Shown here: positions 32,254 through 42,325 of the stretch, in pieces
How positions within the stretch are numbered: the first letter of the stretch is position 1
Layout of the letters: each line of letters begins with the position of its first letter
Source of the DNA: an uncultured delta proteobacterium
GTDB lineage: Bacteria > Desulfobacterota > Binatia > UBA9968
DNA: 64,000 nt
Assembly (NCBI GenBank): GCA_963728565.1
Contig: CAVSLC010000014.1
Location: 64,001-128,000 of the forward strand
Reading direction: 5' to 3'
Program-made: the position numbers and the translations under genes
Notes under the pieces: model-generated
The model's database searches: none
Seen by the model: only the letters and a program-made list of their open reading frames with translations
Told to the model about the DNA's origin: nothing

Positions 32254-32282
32254 TTGACAAAGAAAACACCGCAACCTAGACT
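32254..32282 (+). promoter_or_regulatory. Sigma70-type promoter
   Basis: TTGACA-N17-TAGACT upstream of the OmpA-domain gene; RBS AAGGAGG. Confidence 0.7.
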
Positions 32283-32312
32283 TACGGTTTCGAGCTCTTA
32301 AGGAGGGCTTCT

Positions 32313-33074
32313 ATGAGACACTCACGAGTGATCGCCGCGGCTTTTGCCGTCTGGTTTGCGCTGGCACTGAAACCGGCTTCCGCGGCCCCGGATGAGTATG
32401 ATGACAGCCAGTCTCATCCATTGAGAATCGTCGCGTATTTGCTTCACCCGGCCGCATGGTTGGTCGAACAAGTAGTTTTTCGGCCTTTTCATTTTCTCGT
32501 TAGCGCGAATGAGCCAATGGAGGAAATCTTCGGCCATCGACCGCATCCGCCGGTTCTGGCCGAGCCACAGCCCAATCGAGATTACGGCATGCCTAGACGC
32601 GCACCGGTGAAACCAGCACCGCCTCCGCCGGTTGCAGCCGTCACTCAAGAACCTGTGCGTGAGATCGTCAAAATCGTCGAAGTCCCCAAGGAAACGATCG
32701 TCTATAGGGACGTTCAAAAAGTGGTTGAAGTGGAGAAGTTCGTGTTTCCGGGAATCGCTTTTCAGTTCGATTCGGCCGAGCTCACTGACTGGGGAAAGGG
32801 CAACGTATATCTGGCGGCGGAGAAACTTAAGACAAAAGGCGATATCTCCGTGGTCATCGAGGGGCATACCGATGAGGTAGGTAGTGCGGAATACAACAAA
32901 AGCCTCGGACTGCGCCGGGCGCAGCGTGTCATGACGGAGTTAACCGCTTTAGGGGTTGATCAAGCGAGAATTTCGACAGTGACTCAAGGAGAGGAGAAGC
33001 CTTTGATCAACCAACCGACGGCATGGGCGCGTGCGGTAAATCGACGAGTAGAGTTCGAGGTCAGAGGGAAATAG
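32313..33074 (+). CDS. Exported protein with C-terminal OmpA/Pal peptidoglycan-binding domain
   Basis: Signal peptide, Pro-rich linker, FQFDSAEL, IEGHTD, N..LGLRRA, NRRVEF. Confidence 0.9.
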   Translation: MRHSRVIAAAFAVWFALALKPASAAPDEYDDSQSHPLRIVAYLLHPAAWLVEQVVFRPFHFLVSANEPMEEIFGHRPHPPVLAEPQPNRDYGMPRRAPVKPAPPPPVAAVTQEPVREIVKIVEVPKETIVYRDVQKVVEVEKFVFPGIAFQFDSAELTDWGKGNVYLAAEKLKTKGDISVVIEGHTDEVGSAEYNKSLGLRRAQRVMTELTALGVDQARISTVTQGEEKPLINQPTAWARAVNRRVEFEVRGK

Positions 33075-33092
33075 GATAAACTTCAATCGTAG

Positions 33093-33123
33093 AAGGCCCA
33101 GCCTCAAGCTGGGCCTTTTTTTT
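33093..33123 (+). terminator. Rho-independent terminator
   Basis: AAGGCCCAGC-ctcaa-GCTGGGCCTT followed by a T run. Confidence 0.9.
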
Positions 33124-33143
33124 GGTACCAGCACTATGGTTAA

Positions 33144-33761
33144 ATGAGTTACAAGCTCCGCGACACCTACTATAAAAAGGCCAAACAACAAGGCTACCGC
33201 TCTCGCGCGGCTTATAAGCTGCTTGAGCTGCAGGAGCGTTTTCGCATCTTTAAAACGGGCCAGTTAATTGTCGATTTGGGCGCGGCGCCGGGCGGCTGGA
33301 TTCAAGTGGCGGCAACGCTGGTCGGTCCCAGCGGTAAAGTCCTTGGCGTGGATCTTCAGCCGATCGAGGCGTTTCACCAGAAGAACATCATCGTCATACA
33401 AGGTGACATTAGCGCGACAGAAACAGAGCAGCGAATCATGGAATATTTAGGCCGTCCTGCTGACAGCGTCATCTCTGACCTCGCGCCTAAGTTGACCGGC
33501 ATCCGTGATACGGATGAAGCGCGCTCCTTGGAATTGAACCGCACAGCCATGGAAGTAGCAAACCGACTGCTTAGAGCAGGCGGCAGCTTTCTCATCAAGA
33601 GCTTCGTCAGTGAAGAACTTCGAATCTTTTCCGCGGAACTGGAAAAGCAATTTGGCTCGGTTCAGCGTACCCGGCCTGATGCTAGCCGGAAAGGATCATC
33701 TGAAATTTATTTTTTCGCTAAGGATTACCGGCCCAGGTCGCAGGATAGCGGACTACGGTAA
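33144..33761 (+). CDS. rlmE: 23S rRNA Um2552 methyltransferase
   Basis: YRSRAAYKL, DLGAAPGGW, SDLAP, ASRKGSSEIY. Confidence 0.95.
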   Translation: MSYKLRDTYYKKAKQQGYRSRAAYKLLELQERFRIFKTGQLIVDLGAAPGGWIQVAATLVGPSGKVLGVDLQPIEAFHQKNIIVIQGDISATETEQRIMEYLGRPADSVISDLAPKLTGIRDTDEARSLELNRTAMEVANRLLRAGGSFLIKSFVSEELRIFSAELEKQFGSVQRTRPDASRKGSSEIYFFAKDYRPRSQDSGLR

Positions 33762-33853
33762 TGTCAAAAAGGACGACGACAGAACCAGGCGTAACACGGC
33801 GAGGGCGGTGACTTGTTGCCAGAGGGGCGCCGTGAACCAGTCTAAATCGGCAG

Positions 33854-34855
33854 ATGGCAATATCGCAATTAAGAAAAGACCCAGTTGTCGACCGCTGGGT
33901 GATCATCGCCACTGAACGAAGCAAGCGTCCTCATGCTAACCGAACAAGGACAGAGTCCGGCCGAGACGAACCATGTCCTTTCTGCGCCGGCAGGGAGGGG
34001 AACACGCCACCTGAAGTTCTTGCCTATCGTGATCCATCGACTCCAGCCAATACGCCCGGTTGGCGAGTCAGGGTCGTACCTAATAAGTATCCAGCTCTGG
34101 ACAGTAGGGGAGACATCTCTCTACCAACCGGTTCGGCCTACGTTGCTGTGGGCGGAGTCGGCGCTCACGAAGTAATCATTGAGAGTCCGAAACATTGCCT
34201 GAGCATGGCGGAGTTGGCTGAGGGACAGATTGACGACGTCTTGCGAGCGTATCGAGAACGTCTGATTGTTCTCCAGAACGATCGCGCTGGAAATCGATTC
34301 TTATTTACAAAAACCAAGGAAGGGCGGCGGGTGCGACCCTGGAGCATGTCCATTCGCAACTACTGGCAATGTCCATAGTTCCGCGTGAGATAGACCACGA
34401 GTGGCGCGCACTGGTCTCCCATCATGATATCGACGAAGAGCTGCCTCTATTGCGAGATGCTTGACAGGGAGCGCTCGGATGGGCGCCGCATAGTACTTGA
34501 GAGCGCGGCGTTCATTGGCTTCTGCCCATTCGCGTCTCGATTTCCCTTTGAAATCTGGCTTATGCCTAAAGAACACTCGCCCATGTTTGATTCGGTAGCG
34601 AACGACGAGCTCCGCCAACTCGCGTTCATGCTACGGCAATCCTTACAGCGCCTTGCCGCTATTGTCGATGCACCGCTTAATTACGTGCTTCATTCGGCGC
34701 CACTCAAAGAAGCGAAGCGCGAACACTATCACTGGCACCTCGAGATTTTGCCAAGAATTTCTAAAATCGCCGGGTTTGAGTTGGCGTCCGGCTATTATAT
34801 CAATACCGTGGCGCCGGAAAGCGCGGCACGGCAACTGCGCGAGCTTGCGCTCTAA
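33854..34855 (+). CDS. galT: Galactose-1-phosphate uridylyltransferase family, two compensating frameshifts (about 34285 and 34425)
   Basis: CPFC, VVPNKYP, HEVIIE; middle segment KNQGRAAGATLEHVHSQ in another frame; CLYC, HWHLEILPR, AGFEL. Confidence 0.85.
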
Positions 34856-34927
34856 CGGCTTGCCGTCTGAGTTTCGGGCACATCGTTTAAGGGCGTAATT
34901 CAATTGAATTCCGCCCAGGAGTACGGC

Positions 34928-36757
34928 TTATTCAACCGTCACACTCTTGGCGAGATTGCGCGGCTGATCGACATCAGTGCCGCGATGAACCGCAATGTGA
35001 TACGCCAGCAACTGGAGCGGTATCGTCATGACGATGGGGGTCAGGTAGTGCGACGCTTTCGGCAGTGTTAGGAGCCGATAAGCGGAGACGTCGTGGCTCG
35101 TCTTGATATCGTCGGTTAGAACGATCACTTTACCGCCGCGGGATTCGACTTCCTTGAGATTGCCGATGGTTTTTTCAAAATACCGGTCTCGAGGCGCCAA
35201 CACGACCACGGGCATCTTTTCATCGATCAGCGCAATCGGCCCGTGTTTCATTTCGCCGGCCGGATAACCTTCGGCGTGGATGTAGGAGATTTCTTTCAGC
35301 TTGAGAGCCCCTTCAAGGGCAATCGGATAATTAAGACCCCGGCCCAGATAGAGAAAATCCTGACTGTGCATAAGCTCGCGCGCCAGTTCTTTGACTTCAC
35401 TCTCCAACTTCAAAGCATCTTCAATCCAGGTCGGTAAATGCATCAGGTCACGCAGCAATTTTCTGGCATCGGCTTGCTTCAGCTTGCCGTTGCGCCTTCC
35501 GAATGCCACGGCTAGCAGATACAGCGCGGTAAGTTGCGTTGAAAATGCTTTGGTACTGGCAACGCTGATTTCCGGTCCAGCGTGGGTGTAGAGAACTCCG
35601 TGCGACTTACGCGCGATAGAGGAATCGATGACGTTGCAAATCGCCAGAATTTTCGCCTTCTTCGCGCGCGCGATTTCGGTTGCCGCCAAGGTATCTGCGG
35701 TCTCGCCGGATTGACTGACCATCAACAAAATCGATCGAGGGTCCATCAGCGGCGAACGGTAACGGAATTCCGATCCGTAATCGACCTCCGCCGGAATTCC
35801 CGCGATCTCTTCGAGCATGAATTTGCCGACTAAGCAGGCGTGCCATGCTGTGCCGCAGGCAACCAGATGAATTCTATTGATCGCCTTCACCTGGCTCTGA
35901 GTTAATTGAATTCCCTCGAGAGAAACGTCACCATTCTTCAATGAGATGCGACCGCGAAATGTGTCTGCTAAAGCCCTCGGCTGATCGTGAATTTCCTTGA
36001 GCATGAAGTGAGCATAGCCGCCCTTGCGTGCCGCCACCGCATCCCAGGTGATCTCTTTGACCGGCCGGCGAATGGCTTTACCTGTGCCGTTAAAGAGACG
36101 ATACGAACCGACAGTCACTTCGCCGATCTCCCCATCTTCCAGGAACGTCACCTTGCGAGTGTAGTCGAGCAGCGCGGGGATGTCGGAGGCAATGAACGTT
36201 TCGCCATCGCCCCAACCAATAACAATCGGCGTGGAGTTTTTCGCGACGATGAGCCGCTGCGGATCTCGACGATTGAGAAACAGCAAGGCGTAGGAGCCGC
36301 GGATTTCGCGCAAGGTACGGCGCACCGCGTCCAGAAAATCCATTCCCCTGTCGATTTTTTCGCTGACCAGATGGGCGACGATTTCGCTGTCGGTTTCCGA
36401 ACTGAAGTGAGTTCCTCTCTTCGTCAGCTGCTCTTTCAGTTCCAAGTAGTTCTCGATGATGCCGTTATGAACGACGACCACGTCCCCGGCGCGATGCGGG
36501 TGAGCGTTGGTTTCTGAAGGACGGCCATGAGTTGCCCAGCGTGTATGACCGATGCCGACCGGGCCTGACATAGGCTGCCGGCCGAGCAGGGTTGCCAGAT
36601 TGCTCAGTTTGCCTTCGCATCGGCGAATCGCAATCTCGCCGTGGTTGAGAACCGCAATGCCGGCCGAATCGTAACCCCGGTACTCGAGCTTTCGAAGGCT
36701 TTCCAAAATCAATGGCGCCGCGTCGCGACTGCCGATATATCCGACAATACCGCACAT
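34928..36757 (-). CDS. glmS: Glutamine-fructose-6-phosphate transaminase (isomerizing)
   Basis: MCGIVG, LEYRGYDSAG, GHTRWATHG, SQSGETADT, PRNLAKSVTVE. Confidence 0.98.
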   Translation of the reverse strand: MCGIVGYIGSRDAAPLILESLRKLEYRGYDSAGIAVLNHGEIAIRRCEGKLSNLATLLGRQPMSGPVGIGHTRWATHGRPSETNAHPHRAGDVVVVHNGIIENYLELKEQLTKRGTHFSSETDSEIVAHLVSEKIDRGMDFLDAVRRTLREIRGSYALLFLNRRDPQRLIVAKNSTPIVIGWGDGETFIASDIPALLDYTRKVTFLEDGEIGEVTVGSYRLFNGTGKAIRRPVKEITWDAVAARKGGYAHFMLKEIHDQPRALADTFRGRISLKNGDVSLEGIQLTQSQVKAINRIHLVACGTAWHACLVGKFMLEEIAGIPAEVDYGSEFRYRSPLMDPRSILLMVSQSGETADTLAATEIARAKKAKILAICNVIDSSIARKSHGVLYTHAGPEISVASTKAFSTQLTALYLLAVAFGRRNGKLKQADARKLLRDLMHLPTWIEDALKLESEVKELARELMHSQDFLYLGRGLNYPIALEGALKLKEISYIHAEGYPAGEMKHGPIALIDEKMPVVVLAPRDRYFEKTIGNLKEVESRGGKVIVLTDDIKTSHDVSAYRLLTLPKASHYLTPIVMTIPLQLLAYHIAVHRGTDVDQPRNLAKSVTVE

Positions 36758-38151
36758 TACTTCTTGGTTCCTTTCATTTTAATGCGCTTTTGCTCGGTCC
36801 AGCCTTCGCGAAGCCGCTCTTGCCTGTCGTTAAAGACCAGAGCTCCGTCGGGAACATCGTGACGAACCGTGGTCGCAGTGGCGACATAGACGTCGTCACC
36901 CAAAGTGATCGGCGCGACCAACGTCGAATCGCTACCGACCTGAACGCGATCGCCGATTTTGCTTTTATATTTCTGAAATCCATCATAGTTGCAGGTGATC
37001 GTGCCAGCGCCGATATTGCTATCGCGGCCTATCGTCACATCACCGAGGTAAGTAAGATGATTAGCCTTGGTGCCATCGCCGAGCCTGGCTTCTTTAGCTT
37101 CCACGAAATTGCCGATATGAACGTTGCGGCCCAAGTCCGTGCCCGGACGCAAATGGGCAAACGGGCCAATGATTGCGCCGTTAGCGACTCGACAGCTGGT
37201 TAGGACGACGGAAAAACGCAAATGAACTTCGTCATCCAGCTGCGCATCGGTCAGATATGCGCTGCCGTCAATACGGCATCGCTCACCGATCACGGTCGTG
37301 CCGCAGAGATGAGTGTTCGGGCCGATGACCGTATCTTTGCCGATGGTCGCGCCCCGTTCGATGTAGGTGGTCGCCGGGTCCTTTAACGTGACGCCTTGGG
37401 CCATCCATTTGCGGTTTATCTCTTCTTGCAAGCTCTTCTCCATGCGGGCGAGCTCCTCCCTAGTGTTGATGCCCATCATCTCACGAGCATCATCGACCTG
37501 TAGGTTTGCCACGGTCTGACCTTCGCTCAAGGCGATCGCGACGATATCGGGCAGATAGTACTCCCCTTGGCGATTCTGGTCGCTGACGCGCGACAACGCA
37601 GGAAAAAGAAATGGCGCGGCAGCGACATAGATCCCGGCGTTCACTTCATGGATCTGTTTTTGCCAATCCGAGGCGTCTTTCTCTTCAACGACACGGGCAA
37701 TCCGTTGCTTCTTATCCCGTACGATTCGGCCGTAGCCTTTCGGATCCTCTAGCTTTGCGGTTAATAACGTTACCGCTGCTTGTTGCCCGCGGTGCTGATC
37801 GACCAGTCGCTTCAACGTGTTCTCATGGATCAGGGGAACGTCGCCGCTGAGGATTAGAATATCCCCTGTGAACCCGAGAAATGTTGGTTTGGCGCACAGC
37901 ACCGCATGCGCGGTGCCGAGCTGTTTTTCTTGGATCACCCACGATAGATCGTCGCCCGAATAGGCCTGTTGAACAGCGGCGGCGCCATGGCCGACTATAA
38001 CCGCAATCCGGGACGGTTCTAATTGCTGCGCAGCCCGTAAAACGTGCAGCAATAACGGCGTGCCGCCCAGGCGATGAAGCACCTTAGGAATGTCCGATTT
38101 CATCCGGGTACCTTGCCCAGCCGCTAAAACAATGACGCCGATACCGTTCAT
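36757..38151 (-). CDS. glmU: Bifunctional UDP-GlcNAc pyrophosphorylase / glucosamine-1-phosphate acetyltransferase
   Basis: LAAGQGTRMKS, QLGTAHAV, EYYLPD, hexapeptide repeats, GAGTITCNYDG. Confidence 0.98.
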   Translation of the reverse strand: MNGIGVIVLAAGQGTRMKSDIPKVLHRLGGTPLLLHVLRAAQQLEPSRIAVIVGHGAAAVQQAYSGDDLSWVIQEKQLGTAHAVLCAKPTFLGFTGDILILSGDVPLIHENTLKRLVDQHRGQQAAVTLLTAKLEDPKGYGRIVRDKKQRIARVVEEKDASDWQKQIHEVNAGIYVAAAPFLFPALSRVSDQNRQGEYYLPDIVAIALSEGQTVANLQVDDAREMMGINTREELARMEKSLQEEINRKWMAQGVTLKDPATTYIERGATIGKDTVIGPNTHLCGTTVIGERCRIDGSAYLTDAQLDDEVHLRFSVVLTSCRVANGAIIGPFAHLRPGTDLGRNVHIGNFVEAKEARLGDGTKANHLTYLGDVTIGRDSNIGAGTITCNYDGFQKYKSKIGDRVQVGSDSTLVAPITLGDDVYVATATTVRHDVPDGALVFNDRQERLREGWTEQKRIKMKGTKK

Positions 38152-38162
38152 GATGATTATCG

Positions 38163-38190
38163 ATTATAGCGAAAGTAGACTTTCAGTCAA
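38163..38190 (-). promoter_or_regulatory. glmU promoter candidate with palindromic spacer
   Basis: TTGACT-N16-TATAAT; spacer contains GAAAGT-N2-ACTTTC; ATG only 11 nt after the -10. Confidence 0.6.
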
Positions 38191-38387
38191 AGTAAGCGAT
38201 CTTAGCGATACCTGTGCGTTGATAATTCGGAAATTGCCGCTTTTCGAACGATTAAATTGCATTTATTATGAGCCAATGGCGTTGCAACGACGGCAATCTA
38301 TAACCACAGTCTGGTCCGGATATTTCGCGCGCGTCGGGTGATCTACCGAATTGTTCTCGCACAACTCGGTGTTAAAGAGCCAGAATC

Positions 38388-39101
38388 ATGAGAGGCTCGA
38401 CAATCTTGATGCCGCCGCTGCGCGGCGCAATCGCGCTCCTGCGCGCCACGATGCGAGTGGAAGTGCTTCATGCCGAGTACTTCGCCGATCTGCGGAGCCG
38501 CCGTGTTCCGATTCTTCTGGCACTTTGGCACGGTCGGATGTTTCTCGTTACCGATGCGCACCGGGGGCAGGGGTTTGTCACCATGGCTTCGAAGTCTAAG
38601 GACGGCGACATCATCGCAGGCTGGTTGGAAAACAACGGTTATGTGGTGGTCCGAGGCTCGACCACCCGCGGCGGGAGCGAGGCTTTGCGCCGCATGGTCT
38701 ATCTCATGCGGGCGGGCCGCAACGGCGCTTTAACGGTTGATGGTCCCAAAGGCCCGGTTCGGGTTGTGCAGCCAGGAGTCGTGCGTCTCGCGCGATTAAC
38801 CGGCGCTTGGATTCTACCTGTGAGTTTTTCAAGCTCATGGCCATTGTTTCTTAGATCGTGGGATCGCCATCTTGTTCCCAAACCTTTCTCGCGCAACTTC
38901 TTATCGTACGGCGAGCCATTCCCGATCGGTTCTGAGTTATCGGAGGAAGCCGCGCTAACAAAAATTGCTGCGGCGATTAATAAGATTACCGAAGAGGTCG
39001 ACAATATCGCCGGGATTTGCCCGCGCCGCTTAAGACCGCTAGTCGGGCGATTGGGATTCAACGCCCTTTTTTCTTGCGTTCAAACGAGTGTTCTTCTATG
39101 A
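38388..39101 (+). CDS. DUF374 lysophospholipid acyltransferase-family protein
   Basis: ALWHGR, SKSKDGD, VRGS..RGG, TVDGPKGP, SWDR..VPKPF. Confidence 0.88.
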   Translation: MRGSTILMPPLRGAIALLRATMRVEVLHAEYFADLRSRRVPILLALWHGRMFLVTDAHRGQGFVTMASKSKDGDIIAGWLENNGYVVVRGSTTRGGSEALRRMVYLMRAGRNGALTVDGPKGPVRVVQPGVVRLARLTGAWILPVSFSSSWPLFLRSWDRHLVPKPFSRNFLSYGEPFPIGSELSEEAALTKIAAAINKITEEVDNIAGICPRRLRPLVGRLGFNALFSCVQTSVLL

Positions 39102-39224
39102 CGGCTGTCAATCGCCAACCAATGTGGCCTGGCCGAAAAAACCGAAACGCTGAATTGTTGCAGCACTGTTGTCGCAAACGGAATCTGTTTCGAGATCTGT
39201 CGCCGGTTATAAGATTTAAAGCCG

Positions 39225-40592
39225 ATGAAAACAAACCCTCAGAAGAAGATGCAGTCCATACGAGATTTTAGAAGCAGGGTGCTCGACCCACTTTGGCAAG
39301 CTGAACCCGCCGATCTCACTCGGGTTAAACGGCTGCTCAGTTCTTTTATCAAAATCGTTTTTCTGGTTGGACGAGATTTCATTGAGAATCTCGTCAAGCT
39401 CCAGGCCATGGCGTTGGCATTCAAAACGCTGCTTTCGATTGCACCCCTGCTCGCCGTCATATTTTCAATCCTGAAGGGGTTTGGGGTACACAACCGCATT
39501 GAGCCCGTTCTCGCCGAAGCGCTTGCTCCGTTAGGTGACAAAGGCCAAGAGGTCGCCGGTCATTTGGTCGGGTTCGTTGACAAGATGAGCGCAGGAGCCC
39601 TCGGCAGCGTGGGCGTGGTGACTCTCTTTATTACCGTGCTGTCTCTGATGGGCACCATTGAACAGGCCTTTAATACTATCTGGCGGGTTAGGTTTCCGAG
39701 AAAGCTTGCGCGGAGATTCAGCGATTATTTGAGTGTCCTTTTAGTCGGTCCGGTGCTGGTGTTCGCGGCGCTGACGATTACAGCTACATTGCAAAGCAAT
39801 TCTTTCGTTCGTAATTTGCTTGCGCTGGAACCATTTGGAACAGTCATGCTGATGCTGCTTCGCCTGCTCCCCTATGTCACTTTATGGGGAGCATTCACAC
39901 TTTCTTACCTGTTTATCCCGAATACCCGAGTCAGATTGCGTTCAGCGCTGGTCGGCGGTCTCGTCGCCGCGTTACTTTGGCAGACCATTGGTTGGGGATT
40001 TGCCACATTTGTAGCCTCGTCGACGCGTTACTATGCCATCTACTCCAGCTTTGCCATCCTCCTGCTGTTTCTTCTCTGGCTTTATGTCGGCTGGCTGATT
40101 GTTTTGTTAGGAGCACAAGTATCGCATGCGCATCAGCACATACATTTCTATTACGGTGAGCGTGAGAACCTGGCGCGGAGCCCAGCGGGGCGGGAGAAGC
40201 TTGCGTTGCAGTTGCTGCTCCTGATAGGCCGCAATTTCCACCAAGGACTCAATCCGATGAGTATTGCGGATCTGGCGAATCGGCTGCAATTGCCGGCGGC
40301 TTTGGTTAAAGATTTATTGGACATGTTTCAGCAATCCCGGCTGGTGTTGCCGTTGGCTGATGAAGAAACGTTTGTGCTCGGCCGCGCTGCCGAAAAAATC
40401 AGGATCAAAGAGATCTTGGATTGCGTCAGAACTGCCGGAGGTATCACCAAAGGCACTGGCATCTATCTCAGAGAGCCTGATGGTATCGATGAATTGCTGC
40501 TTGCGGCGGATCAATCGGTTGCCGCGACACTCGATGGTAAAACCCTGCAGAGCTTAATCGTTCGTCAGGAACCGGTTACGGCCGTTACCTAA
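39225..40592 (+). CDS. YihY/BrkB-family membrane protein with C-terminal Rrf2-like HTH
   Basis: ALAFKTLLSIAP, IEQAFNTIW, IPNTRV, YSSFA, LLGA; C-terminal winged helix (IADLANRL..P). Confidence 0.9.
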   Translation: MKTNPQKKMQSIRDFRSRVLDPLWQAEPADLTRVKRLLSSFIKIVFLVGRDFIENLVKLQAMALAFKTLLSIAPLLAVIFSILKGFGVHNRIEPVLAEALAPLGDKGQEVAGHLVGFVDKMSAGALGSVGVVTLFITVLSLMGTIEQAFNTIWRVRFPRKLARRFSDYLSVLLVGPVLVFAALTITATLQSNSFVRNLLALEPFGTVMLMLLRLLPYVTLWGAFTLSYLFIPNTRVRLRSALVGGLVAALLWQTIGWGFATFVASSTRYYAIYSSFAILLLFLLWLYVGWLIVLLGAQVSHAHQHIHFYYGERENLARSPAGREKLALQLLLLIGRNFHQGLNPMSIADLANRLQLPAALVKDLLDMFQQSRLVLPLADEETFVLGRAAEKIRIKEILDCVRTAGGITKGTGIYLREPDGIDELLLAADQSVAATLDGKTLQSLIVRQEPVTAVT

Positions 40593-40613
40593 ACTGCCGA
40601 TTAGCTCGCGCTG

Positions 40614-42135
40614 TCAGCGGCGGAAGAGCTGCCGGAAAAAGGTTGCCAAACTGTTTTCCATCGACGGCGGGGCGCCGCGCCGCGCCAATTTCCCGCTGTC
40701 TAGATCTACCGTCGGATTCTGCGCATTGCCGGTAACCGTAAGCGGCACCACCAGCTGGCCGCGCTGGTTCTTGAACAGTTGGCTGGTTCTGCCACGGCTG
40801 GCTTTACCGGAAGCCTGAGGCGAGAGAGTTGCGTCGATCCCGATATTTAGCGCCTGACGCGCCAGGGTCATAGTTCCGCCGCCTTTGAGTTCCAGCTGCG
40901 GGTTTACCAGGTGAGATGCGTGAGAAGTCGACGACACCGTTGCTCAAAGTAAATTCCGTATCCAGAGTCCTAAATGTGGTTGCTTCGCGCCGTTGTTTGT
41001 CGGAGAAGCCGATGGCGCCGGTGGCGCGTTGAATTTTTCTTATCAGATCAACGTTGGTCAATTCGCCCTCGCGCGCCGATAGTTTGCCATTGCCTTGCAA
41101 TTGCTTGGTCGGCTCGGAGCCGCCGCCGGCACCTAAACGAAGCGTAACTGCGCCGTTTAGATTTCCCTTGATCGCCCGCTTGCCATATAGCCTTACATTT
41201 TTGAACTCGCTTTGGATCTGGGTCATCAGATTGCTCGCCGGGCCGCTCACCGCAATGCGCAGGCCCATCGGCCCGGAAATGTCGATCTCCGCTGGCGCTA
41301 AACCGAACACTGCGAGAATCTGCATCACCGTTCCAGCATCCACGTTCTCGTCTGCCAAAACCAAGTTGAAGCGTGGCCCGGTGGCCAGATTGCTGATGCT
41401 TCCCTCAAGCGGCAGAGTCAAGTTCCGCACTGTTAGGTGATTGTCGTTAAGGATGAGTTTTGTTTCTTCATCCTGGTAATCGAGCTGTCCTGCTAATGTA
41501 ACCGTCTTTAAGCCCGGATAATTGAAGGTCGCGCGATATGGGAAAGGTCCTTCGCTTGAGAACTCCTCCATGAAGAGTTCGATGCCATGGATGCGCACCG
41601 GGGTTGGTTCTGCGGTAATGATGTTTAACTGCCCGTTTTTGATGCGCAGCCGGCGCGGAATTGTCAAAGCCATAGCGGCACTGTCCGGCTGTTTAGGTTT
41701 CGGCGCGAGCTTGTTTGATTCGGCTCCGCTGTTAGCCGGAATTGGTTTGTCCGCCAGGACACTGGAGCTAGCGCTGCGCTTGGATGCTTTTTGCAGCGTA
41801 AACACGGGCTTGTCCAGCACAAACTCGGTGATTTCGAAGCGACCGCTTAGCAGCGGCCATAACTTGAGGCGCAGTTCAACCTCTTGCGCGGTGAAGAAGC
41901 TTTCGGCGGGAGAAGCCGAGTTGGCCGAGATGTTCAGGTTCGATACTCTGATCGAAGGTCTTGGCACCAGACTTAGCCGTACCTCGTCCAGATCAACGCG
42001 CCGCTGCAGAGTTTCTTCGATCAACGGCAAATAAATGCTTTTGAAGCGGCCGAGATCGACAAACGTGGGCAAACTGATAACTGCTGCAATCAGCAGGGCA
42101 AGAACAGTCGCGCCGGCGATCAAGGCTTTCTTCAC
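40614..42135 (-). CDS. AsmA-family protein, frameshift near 40915
   Basis: GTG at 42135 with GGAGG; N-terminal TM anchor, LKLWPLLSG; C-terminal VPLTVTG...NP in ORF 40614-40937. Confidence 0.8.
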
Positions 42136-42325
42136 AGGATCGCCTCCGGCTCGATCGCCCAAATTCTCAAGGCAGTTCCCTGGTTTCGGTGTCGTCATTT
42201 CCCGGGACATTATACGGACCGCAGTCCGGTATTCAATGCTGGCAACCGTACTCAAGTCCTTGCGAAGAGTAGCCACCAAGGGCAGTATTTGTTAGGGTAA
42301 CAAACTTCGAAAGGTCGCTGACATA

